Assembly (NCBI GenBank): GCA_964106645.2 | Contig: OZ067047.1 | Strand: one strand, 5' to 3' | Length of the DNA stretch: 64,000 bases | Source: Podarcis pityusensis | Taxonomy: Eukaryota | In this document: positions 63,931 to 64,000 of the stretch, piece after piece | Layout of the letters: each line of letters begins with the position of its first letter | Position numbering within the stretch: position 1 is the first letter of the stretch | Notes under the pieces: generated by a model | The model's input: only the letters and a program-made list of their open reading frames with translations | What the model was told of the DNA's origin: nothing | Database searches by the model: none | Translations under genes and position numbers: made by a program

Positions 63931-64000
63931 GTAATGGTTGAATCTCATTAATTTGGAGCCATCTTCTGCCAAGTGATGGAGTCTTTTTTTCCTAATTATA

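Noticed and set aside
1-64000. CRISPR arrays, operons or other prokaryote-type systems
   Set aside because: The window is vertebrate intron/intergenic DNA. The recurrent palindromes are dispersed MITE-like repeats, not regularly spaced arrays.

Overview
This is eukaryotic genomic DNA from a squamate reptile, probably a lacertid lizard, inferred from Sauria-type SINEs and the repeat content. It is not prokaryotic, so most ORFs in the six-frame track are spurious. Two protein-coding genes lie on the + strand in the conserved vertebrate order SPIC -> MYBPC1. The terminal coding exon of the ETS factor SPIC is at 819-1273. The 5' end of slow skeletal myosin-binding protein C (MYBPC1) has a TATA promoter at ~35121, exon 1 CDS at 35246-35270 (MPEPTKKA), a ~19.8 kb intron 1, two well-supported short phase-1 exons (55090-55122, 57529-57570) and two weaker candidate exons (61470-61511, 63901-63930). 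The rest is intergenic or intronic DNA rich in L1, L2, CR1 and RTE fragments, tRNA- and 5S-derived SINEs, hAT- and Tc1/mariner-type MITEs, short palindromic repeats and microsatellites. I found no evidence for a new multi-gene system. The most unusual items are a TG..CA fold-back element with a 4-bp TSD (47877-48392), a 5S-rRNA head on the same CR1 tail that tRNA-Lys SINEs use, an L2 fragment bounded by an inverted copy of its own 3' tail, and the MYBPC1 N-terminal micro-exon array. Repeat boundaries are approximate unless TSDs or TIRs are quoted. Family names come from motif recognition, not database searches.
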